Positions 29,187 to 42,179 of a stretch of 64,000 nt of DNA are shown piece after piece. Position numbers and translations under genes: made by a program. This DNA comes from an uncultured Aquiluna sp. (GTDB taxonomy: Bacteria; Actinomycetota; Actinomycetes; Actinomycetales; Microbacteriaceae). The stretch spans positions 3,805 through 67,804 of the forward strand of contig CBFIEQ010000001.1 of the NCBI GenBank assembly GCA_965661645.1. Direction: 5' to 3'. Numbering within the stretch: position 1 is the stretch's first letter; every line of letters begins with the position of its first letter. The notes under the pieces were generated by a model, which searched no databases, had not been told where the DNA came from, and worked only from the letters and a program-made list of their open reading frames with translations.

Positions 29187-30500
29187 ATGAACGAAGAATT
29201 AGAGCTACGCAAACGCCTACAGAGCGCTGACCCTGGTCGATCTGCCCCAGAGCTAAACGAGGGGCTTGTTGCTCAGGCTGCCCTAAGCAAGAAAAAGCGC
29301 TTGACCAACTTCAAGCTTGCAAGATTCACAATGGCAGCCGCCTCGCTGTCAATTGTTGGTCTTGCCGTGACCTCGGTGTCGCTTTTCCAGCCGGCAGCAA
29401 ATGAGCCACTTTTTACCCTTGCAGGCTCTGGCCAATCCACTTCGATGAGCGCGGATGCCTCGAGTGGCATGGCAACTACTGAATCCGGGCGAATTGCCTC
29501 TGACAGCATGATGATTTGGCCCAGCATTCAATACAACTACATTCCTGGCGAGCTTTCGATGGAGACCGGTAGAGGCAAGGTCTATCAGGCTGAGCTCACT
29601 GGTGACCCAATTGAGCTTCTGACTCGCCTAGCCGAGTTCTTTGGAATCGAAGCTGAGCCAAAGTTCGATGAGTGGGCAACGGAGGAATATCCCTCCTACT
29701 CAATCCAAGAGGGCAATACATCGCTGGGAATCTACTTCTCAGGGGCTGGAAATTGGTACTTCTCGACCTGGGATGCTGAGAGTTATAGCTGCATCTCCGC
29801 TGCCGATGAGGATGGGGTGACACTCAGAGATGCGAGCTGCGATCCGAAACCAACGCCTGATTTGATTCCGATTGAATCAGACCTCATCGCACAGGCAAGC
29901 TCTGTTTTTGCTGAGCTTGGATTCGCAGTCGACAGCTCAACTGCAAACGTCTGGCGCAATGAGTGGGGCGCCTCGGTGAGCTTTGCAAATGTCCAAAACG
30001 GAATCAATACCGGCATGGATTTCTACGCAAGTTGGGATGCACGGGGCACTCTGAACTATCTCGCCGGCTATAGCTTCCGACTGGTGGAGCGTGGCGAGTT
30101 TGACACCGTGAGCGCTTTTGATGCGGTGTCACGAATCGCAGATGGTCGTTGGTATGGATCAGCGCCTTCCTCCTTCTACGAGGACATGGCTATCGCCTAT
30201 GAAGGCGAGGCCAACCCAATGGCTCGTGATGCAGAAATTGCAGTTGAAGACATCGCACCCGAACCAGAAGGCACCAACCTCGAACCCGAGCAGATCGAAC
30301 TGAGAGTAGAAAGTGCGCAAACAGCGACGCTTTCGGTCTTTGATGCGGCAGGCAACTACTGGTTCGTCCCCGGTTACATCCTCTTCAACGACCAGGGCTG
30401 GTTTGATTCGATCATCTCCTTGCAGGAGGGTGTCATTGAACTTCCTGAACCCTACGAGTTTGAAATCATGCCCTATTTGGATGAGGAACCCCTGGGCTAG
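29187..30500 (+). CDS. Single-pass membrane protein, probable anti-sigma factor
   Basis: Short cytoplasmic N-terminus (LQSADP), one TM helix, and a large acidic extracytoplasmic domain; directly follows the ECF gene. Confidence 0.7.
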   Translation: MNEELELRKRLQSADPGRSAPELNEGLVAQAALSKKKRLTNFKLARFTMAAASLSIVGLAVTSVSLFQPAANEPLFTLAGSGQSTSMSADASSGMATTESGRIASDSMMIWPSIQYNYIPGELSMETGRGKVYQAELTGDPIELLTRLAEFFGIEAEPKFDEWATEEYPSYSIQEGNTSLGIYFSGAGNWYFSTWDAESYSCISAADEDGVTLRDASCDPKPTPDLIPIESDLIAQASSVFAELGFAVDSSTANVWRNEWGASVSFANVQNGINTGMDFYASWDARGTLNYLAGYSFRLVERGEFDTVSAFDAVSRIADGRWYGSAPSSFYEDMAIAYEGEANPMARDAEIAVEDIAPEPEGTNLEPEQIELRVESAQTATLSVFDAAGNYWFVPGYILFNDQGWFDSIISLQEGVIELPEPYEFEIMPYLDEEPLG

Positions 30501-31234
30501 AACCCCTTCGGAACACTCAGCACAACTCTGTCGCCGGCAAGCTGGAAACCAAGTCCAGCCTTGCTGGCGAGTGAGTTTAAGTCATCGATTGAATCAAGCC
30601 CGTTCATCAAAGCAGACCGAACAAATGCGCCCTTGGCCTTTTTATTGAAGTGGTTTAGCGCTCGCCCGCTATTTTGATCGACCACCTCGACAAAATAACT
30701 CTCAAGACTTTCCGGAACAGGGTTGAGATTCACATAACTTTCGCTGCGCATGTCCAACACTGGACCTACAAGCCTTGGCCAGACGGCGAGGTGCGCCTCT
30801 TGCCATAGTTTTTTCAGATTGACCCCCGGCAACTTACTGTCGGCCGAAAGGCGGTAGTCAGGTATTTGCTCCATTGCAGGAACTAGCCCGAAGAGCGCCG
30901 ACTGAATAAAGAGCTGGTCCCCCGCTCGCTTCAAAGCCTCATTGCTCAACGTTTGATAGTCGAGTGCGTCATAGAGCACTCCGGTGTAGCGCTCTAGGGC
31001 AGGCATTGTTGGTGAGAACCAAAGTGAGAGGTTCTTGTTCGCCTCGACCAACGATTTTTTCCCAAGCTTTAGGGCTTTAGCCGCCAGCTCGGGATCTTTG
31101 GAAACCTGCTCAAGGGCCGCAATGACCTTTTCACGAGCAGGATCGAGTGCGGCCCAGATTATCGCTACCTTATCGATAGAAATGCCAACGCCGCCAGGAC
31201 GCTTGGTCTCTGACGGCGGAAGCAGAATTAGCAA
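30497..31234 (-). CDS. yaaA: Peroxide stress protein YaaA (UPF0246)
   Basis: LLPPSETK, ERYTGVLYDAL, SALFG, PDYRLS and HFNKKAKG motifs. Confidence 0.9.
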   Translation of the reverse strand: MLILLPPSETKRPGGVGISIDKVAIIWAALDPAREKVIAALEQVSKDPELAAKALKLGKKSLVEANKNLSLWFSPTMPALERYTGVLYDALDYQTLSNEALKRAGDQLFIQSALFGLVPAMEQIPDYRLSADSKLPGVNLKKLWQEAHLAVWPRLVGPVLDMRSESYVNLNPVPESLESYFVEVVDQNSGRALNHFNKKAKGAFVRSALMNGLDSIDDLNSLASKAGLGFQLAGDRVVLSVPKGF

Positions 31235-31237
31235 AAA

Positions 31238-31503
31238 TTAGCTCAGGCTAGCGTCGCGAACTACGACGGTTACGGTGTCGTGTTCCATGGACAAAAAGCC
31301 ACCCTCTTCACTGGTGGCAACAACCTTTTTGCCATCGTTCTGAGTGATTCGAATTTCTCCGGGCACCAGGATCGCAAGCATCGGCTCGTGGCCGGCCAAA
31401 AGACCAATCTCACCAACCGATGTCTTTGCTACAACCATGGAAGCCTCGCCCGACCAGATTTCTCTGTCAGCAGCTACCAGGTTGACCTGAATGTCTTTTG
31501 CCA

Positions 31504-31504
<1 letters not shown>
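31238..31504 (-). CDS. atpC: ATP synthase epsilon subunit (short)
   Basis: GEIGLLAGHEP motif; 88 aa. Confidence 0.95.
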
Positions 31505-32955
<1,451 letters not shown>

Positions 32956-33858
32956 TTAGTCCTCGGACACCGTGACCAGCGCGTCAGCGCCACCCACAAT
33001 TTCCGAAATCTGCTGGGTAATCTCTGCCTGGCGAGCCGCGTTGGCCAACCTGGTGTAGTTCAGAATCAACTTGTCTGCGTTATCAGTTGCACTCTTCATT
33101 GCCTTCTGGCGAGCAGCGTGCTCGGCAGCGGCAGATTGCAACATCACGTTGTAGATGCGGTTTTCAATGTAAACCGGAAGCAGTGAGTCAAGCACCTGCT
33201 CCACCTCAGGCTCAAACTCGTAAAGCGGGAAGACATCGCTTGAATCGGCGACCTCCTCCTCTACTACCTCGAGCGGCAATAGCCTGACGGTTTTTGGCTC
33301 CTGCTGGATCATAGAGACGAAGTGGTTACCGATTAGGTAAATCTGATCCACTCCCCCCTCTGATGCATCCTGCATGAACTTCTCGGTGACCTTCGCCGCA
33401 ACCTCGCGAGCGGTTGAGAATTCTGGAAGGTCTGTTCCGCCTGTCCACTCCGCCTCGAATTTGCGCTGGCGGAATTTGAAGTTGGCAACTGCCTTTCGGC
33501 CAACCAGGTAATAAACAATCTCCTGGTTCTCATCAGTCAGGCGCTTGATCAAGGACTCCGCCTCTTTCAAAACGCTGGACGAGAAGGCTCCAGCCAAACC
33601 GCGGTCCGAGGTGAAAATAACCACTGCGGTTCTGGTTGGGTTCTCAACGTGACGAGTCAGCGGGTGATCTACATCTGAGTAGGTTGCAACCGCTGACACT
33701 GCCTTGGTAACAGCCCGGGTATAGGGATTCGAGGCCGCCACTCGCTGCTGAGCCTTTTGAATTCTCGATGCCGAGATCAGCTCCATTGCGCGAGTGATCT
33801 TCTTGGTCGTCTTGGCAGACTTGATTTTCTGCCTGTAGACCCGAAGTTGCGCTCCCAT
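32956..33858 (-). CDS. atpG: ATP synthase gamma subunit
   Basis: KITRAMELI and [16 protein letters not shown] motifs. Confidence 0.98.
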   Translation of the reverse strand: MGAQLRVYRQKIKSAKTTKKITRAMELISASRIQKAQQRVAASNPYTRAVTKAVSAVATYSDVDHPLTRHVENPTRTAVVIFTSDRGLAGAFSSSVLKEAESLIKRLTDENQEIVYYLVGRKAVANFKFRQRKFEAEWTGGTDLPEFSTAREVAAKVTEKFMQDASEGGVDQIYLIGNHFVSMIQQEPKTVRLLPLEVVEEEVADSSDVFPLYEFEPEVEQVLDSLLPVYIENRIYNVMLQSAAAEHAARQKAMKSATDNADKLILNYTRLANAARQAEITQQISEIVGGADALVTVSED

Positions 33859-33876
33859 TAGTTTTCCCTTACCTGA

Positions 33877-35514
33877 CTATCGCTTCTGACGAACAATCTT
33901 CTCTTGGTCGATTTCTTCATCGGCCAAGGCTTCCACCGCTTGCTTTCCGGTCTTTACCAATGGTTCACCGGTGTGCAACTGGAACATCTTCTTGAAGTGT
34001 TCGATCGACTTGTCTAGCTCATTGATGGTGTCATCCTCGAGCTTCTCAGTCTCACGAATCGTGGTCAAGATGCCGGTGTTGCGCTTGAGGTAGTCCAAGA
34101 ACTCCTGCTCAAATCGCAGGATGTCCTGCAGCGGCACCTCATCCAACTTGCCGGTGGTTCCAGCCCAGATCGAAACAGTCTGGTCCTCAACTGGGTATGG
34201 CGAGAACTGAGGCTGCTTTAGTAGCTCAGTCAAACGCGCACCGCGCTCTAGCTGACGACGGCTAGCAGCATCGAGGTCCGATGCAAACATAGCGAACGCT
34301 TCAAGTGAGCGGTACTGAGCAAGCTCCAGCTTCAGGGTTCCGGAAACCTTCTTGATTCCCTTCACCTGAGCGGCACCACCAACACGGGACACCGAGATAC
34401 CAACGTCAATAGCTGGTCGCTGGTTCGCGTTGAAGAGGTCTGACTGCAAGAAGATCTGTCCGTCGGTGATAGAAATCACGTTGGTCGGAATGAATGCAGA
34501 TACGTCGTTGGCCTTGGTCTCAATGATTGGAAGTCCAGTCATCGAACCGGCGCCCATGGCGTCTGACAGCTTCGCACAGCGCTCCAACAAACGGGAGTGC
34601 AAGTAGAAGACGTCACCTGGGTAAGCCTCACGTCCTGGTGGACGACGAAGCAATAGTGACACTGCACGATACGCCTCGGCCTGCTTTGAAAGGTCATCGA
34701 AAATAATCAGAACGTGCTTGCCGGCATACATCCAGTGCTGGCCAATGGCGCTTCCGGTGTAAGGGGCTAGGTACTTGAAACCTGCTGAGTCAGATGCGGG
34801 GGAAGCCACGATGGTGGTGTATTCCATAGCGCCCGCTTCTTCAAGGGCGCTCTTCACACCGGCAATGGTGGAACCCTTCTGACCGATGGCCACATAAACA
34901 CAGCGAACCTGCTTGTCTGGGTCGCCAGAAGCCCAGTTGTCCTTCTGGTTGATGATGGTGTCGATTGCAATTGCAGTCTTACCGGTCTGACGGTCACCAA
35001 TGATCAACTGACGCTGTCCGCGACCAACTGGGATCATGGCGTCAATAGCCTTGATACCGGTCTGCAGTGGCTCGTGTACGCTCTTGCGGTCCATAACACC
35101 GGGAGCCTGAAGTTCCAGCTCACGACGACCCTCGCCCTTGATTTCACCAAGTCCATCGATTGGGTCACCTAGTGGGTTTACCACTCGGCCCATGTAGGCA
35201 TCACCAACGGGAACTGAGAGCACCTCGCCAGTGCGGTAAACCTCCATGCCCTCTTCGATAGCGGTGAACTCACCGAGGATAACGACACCGATCTCGCGCT
35301 CATCCAGGTTCAGCGCCAATCCGATGGTGCCATCAGCAAAGCGCAACAGCTCGTTTGCCATCGCCGATGGTAAACCCTCGACGTGAGCAATACCGTCGGC
35401 TGCGTCGATGACGTAGCCGACCTCTTGCTTGTCTGAAGAGCTGGGCTCATAAGACGAAACGAAGTCGTTCAGGGCATCCCGAATCTCATTCGAGTTGATC
35501 TTTAGCTCTGACAT
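33877..35514 (-). CDS. atpA: ATP synthase alpha subunit
   Basis: GDRQTGKT and [14 protein letters not shown] motifs. Start at ATG 35514 (MSELKI). Confidence 0.99.
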   Translation of the reverse strand: MSELKINSNEIRDALNDFVSSYEPSSSDKQEVGYVIDAADGIAHVEGLPSAMANELLRFADGTIGLALNLDEREIGVVILGEFTAIEEGMEVYRTGEVLSVPVGDAYMGRVVNPLGDPIDGLGEIKGEGRRELELQAPGVMDRKSVHEPLQTGIKAIDAMIPVGRGQRQLIIGDRQTGKTAIAIDTIINQKDNWASGDPDKQVRCVYVAIGQKGSTIAGVKSALEEAGAMEYTTIVASPASDSAGFKYLAPYTGSAIGQHWMYAGKHVLIIFDDLSKQAEAYRAVSLLLRRPPGREAYPGDVFYLHSRLLERCAKLSDAMGAGSMTGLPIIETKANDVSAFIPTNVISITDGQIFLQSDLFNANQRPAIDVGISVSRVGGAAQVKGIKKVSGTLKLELAQYRSLEAFAMFASDLDAASRRQLERGARLTELLKQPQFSPYPVEDQTVSIWAGTTGKLDEVPLQDILRFEQEFLDYLKRNTGILTTIRETEKLEDDTINELDKSIEHFKKMFQLHTGEPLVKTGKQAVEALADEEIDQEKIVRQKR

Positions 35515-35545
35515 GGGGTCCTCTGCTTCTTTATTTGGTTTCAAC

Positions 35546-36337
35546 TCAGCCGAGTTGCAATCTTGCGTTCTGTAGTTTTGTTAGGACGGTGGCGTCTAGC
35601 ACCTCGCCGTTGATAGCGATGTGAACACCACCAATGATCTCTGGATCAACTTCGACGTTGATCTGTAGCTCTCGCCCGAAGTAGCCGGCCAGTGCTTTGG
35701 TTAGTCGATCAAGCTGAGGCTGGCTGAGCTCTCGTGCCACCCGAATGTGAGCCACTGACTCACCAGCGAATTCAGCGATCCAGAAGCCATACTGCTCCAG
35801 AACTTCTGCGAATCGCTTGTAGGTTTTTGATTGCACCGCCTGAAGCGAAAGCTCTAGGGCTGCTTCTGAGGTTTTGTCATTCAAAAGCCTGGCAACTAGA
35901 GCCTGCTTTTGCTCACCGGTTGCCCTGGTTGAACTTAGCGAAAGCTCGAGCTCTGGGTCTGAAGAAACTAGCTGCTGAATCTCAAACAGCTCAGTCTGCA
36001 ACCCATCTAGGTTCTTTGAAGACCGAGCTAGGGCCCTCACACCAAGCGATTCCATGCTGTCTGCCATGTCCCTGGGGGACGACCAGCGAGCCTGAACCAC
36101 CGAGACAAGCACCGAGACAACCTCTTTCGAGACCTTGGCACCAAATACCTTGTGAACTAACTGCTCCTTGCTGGCCGCCTCGGCGGAAGGATCCGATAGC
36201 GCGGCACGCAACTGCTTTGATGAGTGCAAAGCGTTGGCAGCTGCAAATAGTTCGGTAGCGGTAGCCAAATTCACGTTGCCAAGGGCGTCTAGCGCTGCTT
36301 GAGCAACAATTCGAGCTTGTCTGGTGCTGGATGCCAT
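35546..36337 (-). CDS. atpH: ATP synthase delta subunit (actinobacterial long form)
   Basis: LRAALSDPS and VDPEIIGG motifs; operon position. Confidence 0.95.
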   Translation of the reverse strand: MASSTRQARIVAQAALDALGNVNLATATELFAAANALHSSKQLRAALSDPSAEAASKEQLVHKVFGAKVSKEVVSVLVSVVQARWSSPRDMADSMESLGVRALARSSKNLDGLQTELFEIQQLVSSDPELELSLSSTRATGEQKQALVARLLNDKTSEAALELSLQAVQSKTYKRFAEVLEQYGFWIAEFAGESVAHIRVARELSQPQLDRLTKALAGYFGRELQINVEVDPEIIGGVHIAINGEVLDATVLTKLQNARLQLG

Positions 36338-36340
36338 CGG

Positions 36341-36889
36341 TTATACCTTCTTGCCCTCTAGCTCGGAGATGAACTCATCAACAACTCGGTTTGCCACCGC
36401 GTCGTCCTTGAGTTTCTCACCAACGATTCGAGAAGCCAGCTCAATTGCCAGTGCACCAACCTCGCCTCGCAAAGCATTTGCGGCTGCATCGCGCTCAGCG
36501 GATAGCGAAGCCTTGGTGACTTCAACCATGCGCTCAGCATCGGCGGCGGCCTGCTGCTTTAGCTCGGACAAAATTGCGGCACCTTCAGCGCGAGCCTCTT
36601 CGCGAATCGAAGAAGACTCAGCTCGGAGCTGGGCCTGCTCGGCCTCGACGAGCGCGGTGCGCTCCTCGGCTGCCTTCTGAGCTGCCTCCGCCTCAGCCAA
36701 ACGGCCTTCAATCGCAGCGGCTCGCTCGTCCAGCATCTTCTTAAAGCTCGGGAGCACCCGAATCCAGAAGAAGGTGAGCAGGATTACGAAGATGACCGAT
36801 GACCAGATGATGTCATAGTCAGCAGGTAGCAGTGGGTTCGGCAATTCGCCACCCTCTGGTGCTGCTGCTGCAAAAATTCTGGTAATCAT
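36341..36889 (-). CDS. atpF: ATP synthase subunit b
   Basis: NPLLPADYDIIWS, a TM helix and a coiled coil. Confidence 0.95.
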   Translation of the reverse strand: MITRIFAAAAPEGGELPNPLLPADYDIIWSSVIFVILLTFFWIRVLPSFKKMLDERAAAIEGRLAEAEAAQKAAEERTALVEAEQAQLRAESSSIREEARAEGAAILSELKQQAAADAERMVEVTKASLSAERDAAANALRGEVGALAIELASRIVGEKLKDDAVANRVVDEFISELEGKKV

Positions 36890-36900
36890 TTAGTTTTCGC

Positions 36901-37152
<252 letters not shown>

Positions 37153-37156
37153 TTAT

Positions 37157-37978
37157 TTAGTGTTCGTCTGCCAATGCCAACTGGATGTAGACAGTGGTCA
37201 GAAGTGTAAATACGTAGGCCTGCAAGGTGGAGACCAAGATCTCAAACAATGTAACCAGGAATCCGGCAACCAATGTTCCCGCACCGAACAGTGGGAACAG
37301 CCCATCGGTCTGGAAAAAGAAGAAGTGTGTGGCCGAGAAGGTCAAGACCAGCAGGAGGTGTCCAGCGATCATGTTCATCAAAAGACGAAGCGCCAGAGTG
37401 ACCGGACGAAGAATAAAGGTTGAGAGTAGCTCGATTGGAGTTACGAGCACGTAGAAGGGCTTTGGAACCCCAGCTGGGAAAAGTGCGTTCGAGAAGAATC
37501 TAAAGCCGTGTTTTTTCATGCCGGCATAGATGAATGTCACGTAAGCGGCCGCGGCCAAGACCAGAGGAATACCAATTACCGAGGTTCCGGCAATGTTGGC
37601 AAACGGAATAATTCCGGTGATGTTCATGCCAAACACCATGAAGAAGATGGTGGTCAAAAGCGGCAGGAACCGCTCACCGTCCTTTTCGCCCAGCTGGTCG
37701 TGTGCAATGCCCTTGCGGACAAAGTTCAGCGCCATCTCGCCAAGAAGCTGGAAACGACCAGGAACAACATTGCCGGACTTAACAGCCTTGTTGAACTTGG
37801 AGGTCCAGACCCAGAACAAAACGATGATTGCAACCATGACAATCAAACGAATCATCATGATTCGGTTGATCTCGAATGGGGTGCCCTCAAACAAGAAGGC
37901 AGGTGGGTAGAACTCGTAAATTGTCGGAGGTTTGTATTCACCCTCTTCAGCCGCGAAAAGCCCTAGCACACTAAACAG
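37157..37978 (-). CDS. atpB: ATP synthase subunit a (probable CTG start at 37978; alternative GTG 37969)
   Basis: LALRLLMNMIAGH and LQAYVFTLL motifs. An AGGAG SD lies 7 nt before the in-frame CTG. Confidence 0.95.
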   Translation of the reverse strand: MFSVLGLFAAEEGEYKPPTIYEFYPPAFLFEGTPFEINRIMMIRLIVMVAIIVLFWVWTSKFNKAVKSGNVVPGRFQLLGEMALNFVRKGIAHDQLGEKDGERFLPLLTTIFFMVFGMNITGIIPFANIAGTSVIGIPLVLAAAAYVTFIYAGMKKHGFRFFSNALFPAGVPKPFYVLVTPIELLSTFILRPVTLALRLLMNMIAGHLLLVLTFSATHFFFFQTDGLFPLFGAGTLVAGFLVTLFEILVSTLQAYVFTLLTTVYIQLALADEH

Positions 37979-38088
37979 CTTCGTTCTCCTGGCTCAGGCG
38001 TCGTAAAACGTCGCGGGATGGATACGGAATTCTTGAAAAGTTTATAAGAGTTCTTGCGCGCAAATTGCCAAACGGGAAAAATTTCTCG

Positions 38089-38496
38089 CTAATTGTCGAC
38101 CGTTGGGATTCGAGCCTTGAGAACCAGCCAGGAATCGATCCCCAGTCCCCCTAGAACCCCGGCCACAATCGCAAAGAAAAATACTGGTCCATTGAAGTTT
38201 TCGGCACCCTGCAAAGTGGCAAGCACGACACCGAATAGAACAACCTTTAGTAGCCAGCCACCAAGCACCAGAGCATAGAAACCATTTAGCGGCAATTTTG
38301 AACCAAACCAAACCGATGAAATTGTCATCAGGCTGAACGCGGTTGATATCGCAGCTCCAGTCAGTGCTGCAAAGACTCCCGAGACACCAACGGTTAGCAT
38401 CGACACCAAGGACCCGATTGATGCAATTCCAAGTGCCAAAATGGCGCCATAGACAATCGCTTTTTTGAATAGATCCTGAGCGCTACTTATTGCCAA
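38089..38496 (-). CDS. 4-TM membrane protein (AtpI-like position)
   Basis: Hydrophobic, GGWLLKVVLF motif; lies between wecA and atpB. Confidence 0.75.
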   Translation of the reverse strand: MAISSAQDLFKKAIVYGAILALGIASIGSLVSMLTVGVSGVFAALTGAAISTAFSLMTISSVWFGSKLPLNGFYALVLGGWLLKVVLFGVVLATLQGAENFNGPVFFFAIVAGVLGGLGIDSWLVLKARIPTVDN

Positions 38497-39601
38497 CTCT
38501 TCTCCTTGCTCGGCGAACCCTTGCGAAAACGGGCCAGTAGGTGTGTAGAAGAGCCAAGATCAACCAGGCTCCGAATAAGACCATAACAGGCGGAGTCTCG
38601 AGCCAGAAGAACAACAGCAGGGTGGTCGAAACCAGTGCGGTCCAGTGGTAAAACACCAAAACCGCTCCCTGGTGGGAGTGGCCGATATCTTGCAGCTGGT
38701 GGTGAAGATGCTCTTTGTCAGGAGCGAATGGGGACTTGCCGCGCCTCACGCGCCTCACAACAGCGAGCAACAGGTCCAAAAGCGGCAGGATCAGGATGAA
38801 AACCGGCAGCGCCAAAGGAATCAGCGCAGGCAAAAGGTCGTTTCTGGTCACGGTCGCAGGGTCAATCGACCCGGTAACCGTGATCGCGCTTGTTGCCATC
38901 AGCAAACCCAACAGCATCGCGCCTGAGTCGCCCATAAAGATTTTTGCAGGGCGGAAGTTGTGGGGCAAAAAGCCAATAACCATGCCCAGAATCAGAGCTG
39001 AAACCAAGCCGGCGGTCGAAAAGTAGTTTGAGGGCGAGGTCTGTTGCGCGAGCACGTAGCTGTAGATGAAAAATGCAAAGGTTCCAATCCCGACAACGCC
39101 AGCAGCCAGCCCGTCGAGGCCATCGATGAAATTCACCGCATTCATTACCAGCACCACCACAAAAATGGTCACCGCCAGAGACACCCCGAAACTTCCCACC
39201 GTCAGACCACCAATTGGTAGCGAAACAATCTGCACTCCCGAGGACGCCAAAATCCAAGCTGCTGCCATCTGGCCGCCCATTTTTGCGGTCCAGTCGAGCT
39301 CAATCAAATCGTCCAGCAGCCCGACCAGCACGATCAGCCCACCTGCACCAACAATGGCGAGGATTGGCCCTGGATCTAGAAATATGGATTCGAACCAACC
39401 AAAGCTGCCGGCGGCAACAATGCCGGCAACCAAGCCGAGCAGCATGGCAAGTCCGCCGATGCGAGGAGTGGGTGACTTGTGAACATCACGTTCACGGATT
39501 GCAGGGTGGATTTTGTAGCGCTTGGCAATAATACGAACTGACCAGGTCGAGAAATATGTGACCAGTGCGGTGATGAGTGCAACCAGCAGATAGGCGCGCA
39601 C
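38483..39601 (-). CDS. MraY/WecA-family GlcNAc-1-phosphate transferase
   Basis: PTPRIGG, GLLDD, NFIDGLDGLA, FMGDSG and DKEHLHH motifs. Confidence 0.95.
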   Translation of the reverse strand: MRAYLLVALITALVTYFSTWSVRIIAKRYKIHPAIRERDVHKSPTPRIGGLAMLLGLVAGIVAAGSFGWFESIFLDPGPILAIVGAGGLIVLVGLLDDLIELDWTAKMGGQMAAAWILASSGVQIVSLPIGGLTVGSFGVSLAVTIFVVVLVMNAVNFIDGLDGLAAGVVGIGTFAFFIYSYVLAQQTSPSNYFSTAGLVSALILGMVIGFLPHNFRPAKIFMGDSGAMLLGLLMATSAITVTGSIDPATVTRNDLLPALIPLALPVFILILPLLDLLLAVVRRVRRGKSPFAPDKEHLHHQLQDIGHSHQGAVLVFYHWTALVSTTLLLFFWLETPPVMVLFGAWLILALLHTYWPVFARVRRARRRVGNK

Positions 39602-40275
39602 TAGTCGACCTCTAGCTCCACATCACCAATCACTGATCGAATCCGCTCCAACGAGATTGCGCCTTTTCGCAGCACGCGAATCGGCTCGCCGTCGCGAACT
39701 TGGGTTAGGTCAAGGATTGTCGAAGCCTCGCCCTTGGGACTACCCCCACCATCAAGATAAACCGGAACCTTGTCGGTGAAATAGTCGAAGGCCTGTTGGG
39801 CATTGACCGCTGCTGGGTTACCAGAGGTGTTTGCACTAGAAACTGCTAGCGGTCCAACATCTTCAAGCAGTGCCAAGGTGATCTTGTGATCTGGAACCCT
39901 CAGCGCCACGGTCCCCCGGGTCTCACCCAGATCCCAATCGAGCGATGCCTGAGCCTTCAAAACCATTGTCAGACCGCCTGGCCAAAAAGCGGATGCCAAC
40001 TGGTTGGCAACCAACGGCAAGTCCGTCGCAAGCGCAGACATGGTCTCAAATTTTGGAATCAAGACAGGTGGCGGCATAGTGCGTTCTCTGCCCTTGATAT
40101 TCAGCAATTGCTCTACACCCTTTGCACTGAACGCATCAGCCGCTATGCCATAGACGGTATCGGTGGGCAGCACGACAACCTCGTGGCGCTGCAGTGCAAC
40201 CTTGGCCTGACGAAAGCCGGTTAGCAGATCGGTGTCCACCGCACAGTCATAGATTCGCTGCAATTGAGCCTCCAC
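39601..40275 (-). CDS. L-threonylcarbamoyladenylate synthase (Sua5/TsaC)
   Basis: PTDTVYGI, KGR, FWPGGLT and SSANTSG motifs. Confidence 0.95.
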   Translation of the reverse strand: MEAQLQRIYDCAVDTDLLTGFRQAKVALQRHEVVVLPTDTVYGIAADAFSAKGVEQLLNIKGRERTMPPPVLIPKFETMSALATDLPLVANQLASAFWPGGLTMVLKAQASLDWDLGETRGTVALRVPDHKITLALLEDVGPLAVSSANTSGNPAAVNAQQAFDYFTDKVPVYLDGGGSPKGEASTILDLTQVRDGEPIRVLRKGAISLERIRSVIGDVELEVD

Positions 40276-41109
40276 TTACCTGATCGCACTAACAGCGCGA
40301 AGTCGTCCAGTCGGATCTGGATGAACTCTGGGCTTTAGCCAGTTTTCCAATAGTAATTCACGCACCGAATCAGATTGGCCGTCGGCATGTTCTAAGGCCA
40401 ACATTCCCGAGGGCTTTAGCAATAGCCAGCTCAAATCAACAATCTCCCGAATCAAATCCAACCCGTCTTCACCACCGTACAAAGCCATATCCGGATCGTG
40501 ATCACGAACTTCGGGGTCAATTGGAATGGCACTATTTGGAATGTACGGCGGGTTGGAGATGACAAGATCGTAGGAACCTAACTCCAATGGCTGCTCTCTG
40601 AAATCACCTACCAGCAAGTTCACCTTAGCCAAGTTGGCTTCGATGTTCTTTTGGGCATAGGCCGCGGCCAGTGCACTTTTTTCAATCGCATCAACTTCAA
40701 GATTCAACTCGGTTGCAATAGAGATTGCAATGGCACCGGATCCGGTGCCAACATCAAGCACTTTCGCCGCTGGTTTATCTCTCAGGAAATCGATAGCTAT
40801 TTCGACAACCGCTTCGGTTTCCGGCCTGGGTATGAAAACACCTTTGCCAACCTCAAGTGCTAGATTCCGAAAATAAGCCTTGCCGGTCAAGTGCTGCAGT
40901 GGTTCACGCTTTGTTCTGCGTTCAATAAACTCAAGCAGTTTTTTGCTGGGTTCAAACGCTTCGCCCTGAAATGCCATTGCCTGCAATTGGCCTCTTGAAA
41001 CACCTAGATCAAAGGCAATTAGCAGCTCGGCATCAACTTGAGAACTCTCGATTCCAGCGGCTTGAAAAGCCGCGGCGGTTTGCTCTATAAATGAGCTGAG
41101 GTTAGTCAT
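40276..41109 (-). CDS. prmC: Release factor glutamine methyltransferase
   Basis: [16 protein letters not shown] and SNPPYIP motifs. Start at ATG 41109, overlapping the prfA stop. Confidence 0.96.
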   Translation of the reverse strand: MTNLSSFIEQTAAAFQAAGIESSQVDAELLIAFDLGVSRGQLQAMAFQGEAFEPSKKLLEFIERRTKREPLQHLTGKAYFRNLALEVGKGVFIPRPETEAVVEIAIDFLRDKPAAKVLDVGTGSGAIAISIATELNLEVDAIEKSALAAAYAQKNIEANLAKVNLLVGDFREQPLELGSYDLVISNPPYIPNSAIPIDPEVRDHDPDMALYGGEDGLDLIREIVDLSWLLLKPSGMLALEHADGQSDSVRELLLENWLKPRVHPDPTGRLRAVSAIR

Positions 41110-42178
41110 TTCCCAGCGCTTTGAGTCGCGCCTCTTCATCCGCCTCAATGCAAGATTGAACAACCGGTTCCAGTGCTCCATCCATGACCTGGTCAAGGTT
41201 GTAGGACTTGTAACCAGTGCGGTGATCTGCGATTCGGTTCTCGGGGAAGTTGTAGGTGCGAATACGCTCCGAACGGTCTACAGTGCGAACCTGCGACTTT
41301 CTAGCCGCTGACTGCTCCGCCTCAATCTCCTCCTGCTGAGCAGCAAGGATTCTGGCTCGCAAGATTCGCATGGCAGCCTCTTTGTTTTGCAGCTGAGATT
41401 TTTCGTTTTGCATTGCAACAACAATGCCGGTCGGCAAGTGGGTAATACGCACCGCTGAATCGGTGGTGTTCACCGATTGGCCTCCGGGACCTGAAGAGCG
41501 GTAGACATCAATTCTCAGATCGTTCGCCGCAATCTCTACCTCTTCCGGCACATCAACCTCGGGGAAAACCAGCACTCCGGCAGCTGAGGTGTGGATGCGG
41601 CCCTGAGTCTCAGTCGCTGGGACACGCTGAACACGGTGAACTCCGCCCTCATATTTCATGTGCGCCCATACGCCCTGAGCGGGATCGGTGGCATTTGACT
41701 TAATCGCTATCTGCACATCCTTCACGCCACCAAGATCACTCTCAGTCTTGTCCAGGATCTCTGTCTTCCAACCCTTTGAGGATGCGTAGTGCAGATACAT
41801 TCTGAGCAAATCGCCAGCGAAAAGTGCAGATTCTGCACCGCCCTCGCCTGCCTTGATTTCCATGATGACGTCGCGACCATCGGCCTCGTCTCTAGGAATC
41901 AGCATTCGACGAAGCTTCTCGTTAGCCTCGTTCAACTGCTGCTCCAAAACCGGCAGTTCGGCAGCAAAGGAAGAGTCTTCCTTGGCTAGCTCCTTTGCCG
42001 CCTCTAGGTCATCAGTAAGCTGCAGAACCAAATCTTGGGCTCCCAAGATTGCGCTGAGCTCGGCATAGCGACGGTTCAGTTTCTTGGCCATTCCAGGGTT
42101 TGAATGGATGGCCGAGTCACTGAGCTGCTCTTGCAGCTTCGCGTGCTCGGCTCTTAGGCCTGCAAGCGAATCAAGCAA
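41102..42178 (-). CDS. prfA: Peptide chain release factor 1
   Basis: GPGGQSVN and VQRVPATE (PxT) motifs. Start at TTG 42178, just after the rho stop. Confidence 0.98.
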   Translation of the reverse strand: MLDSLAGLRAEHAKLQEQLSDSAIHSNPGMAKKLNRRYAELSAILGAQDLVLQLTDDLEAAKELAKEDSSFAAELPVLEQQLNEANEKLRRMLIPRDEADGRDVIMEIKAGEGGAESALFAGDLLRMYLHYASSKGWKTEILDKTESDLGGVKDVQIAIKSNATDPAQGVWAHMKYEGGVHRVQRVPATETQGRIHTSAAGVLVFPEVDVPEEVEIAANDLRIDVYRSSGPGGQSVNTTDSAVRITHLPTGIVVAMQNEKSQLQNKEAAMRILRARILAAQQEEIEAEQSAARKSQVRTVDRSERIRTYNFPENRIADHRTGYKSYNLDQVMDGALEPVVQSCIEADEEARLKALGND

Positions 42179-42179
42179 G

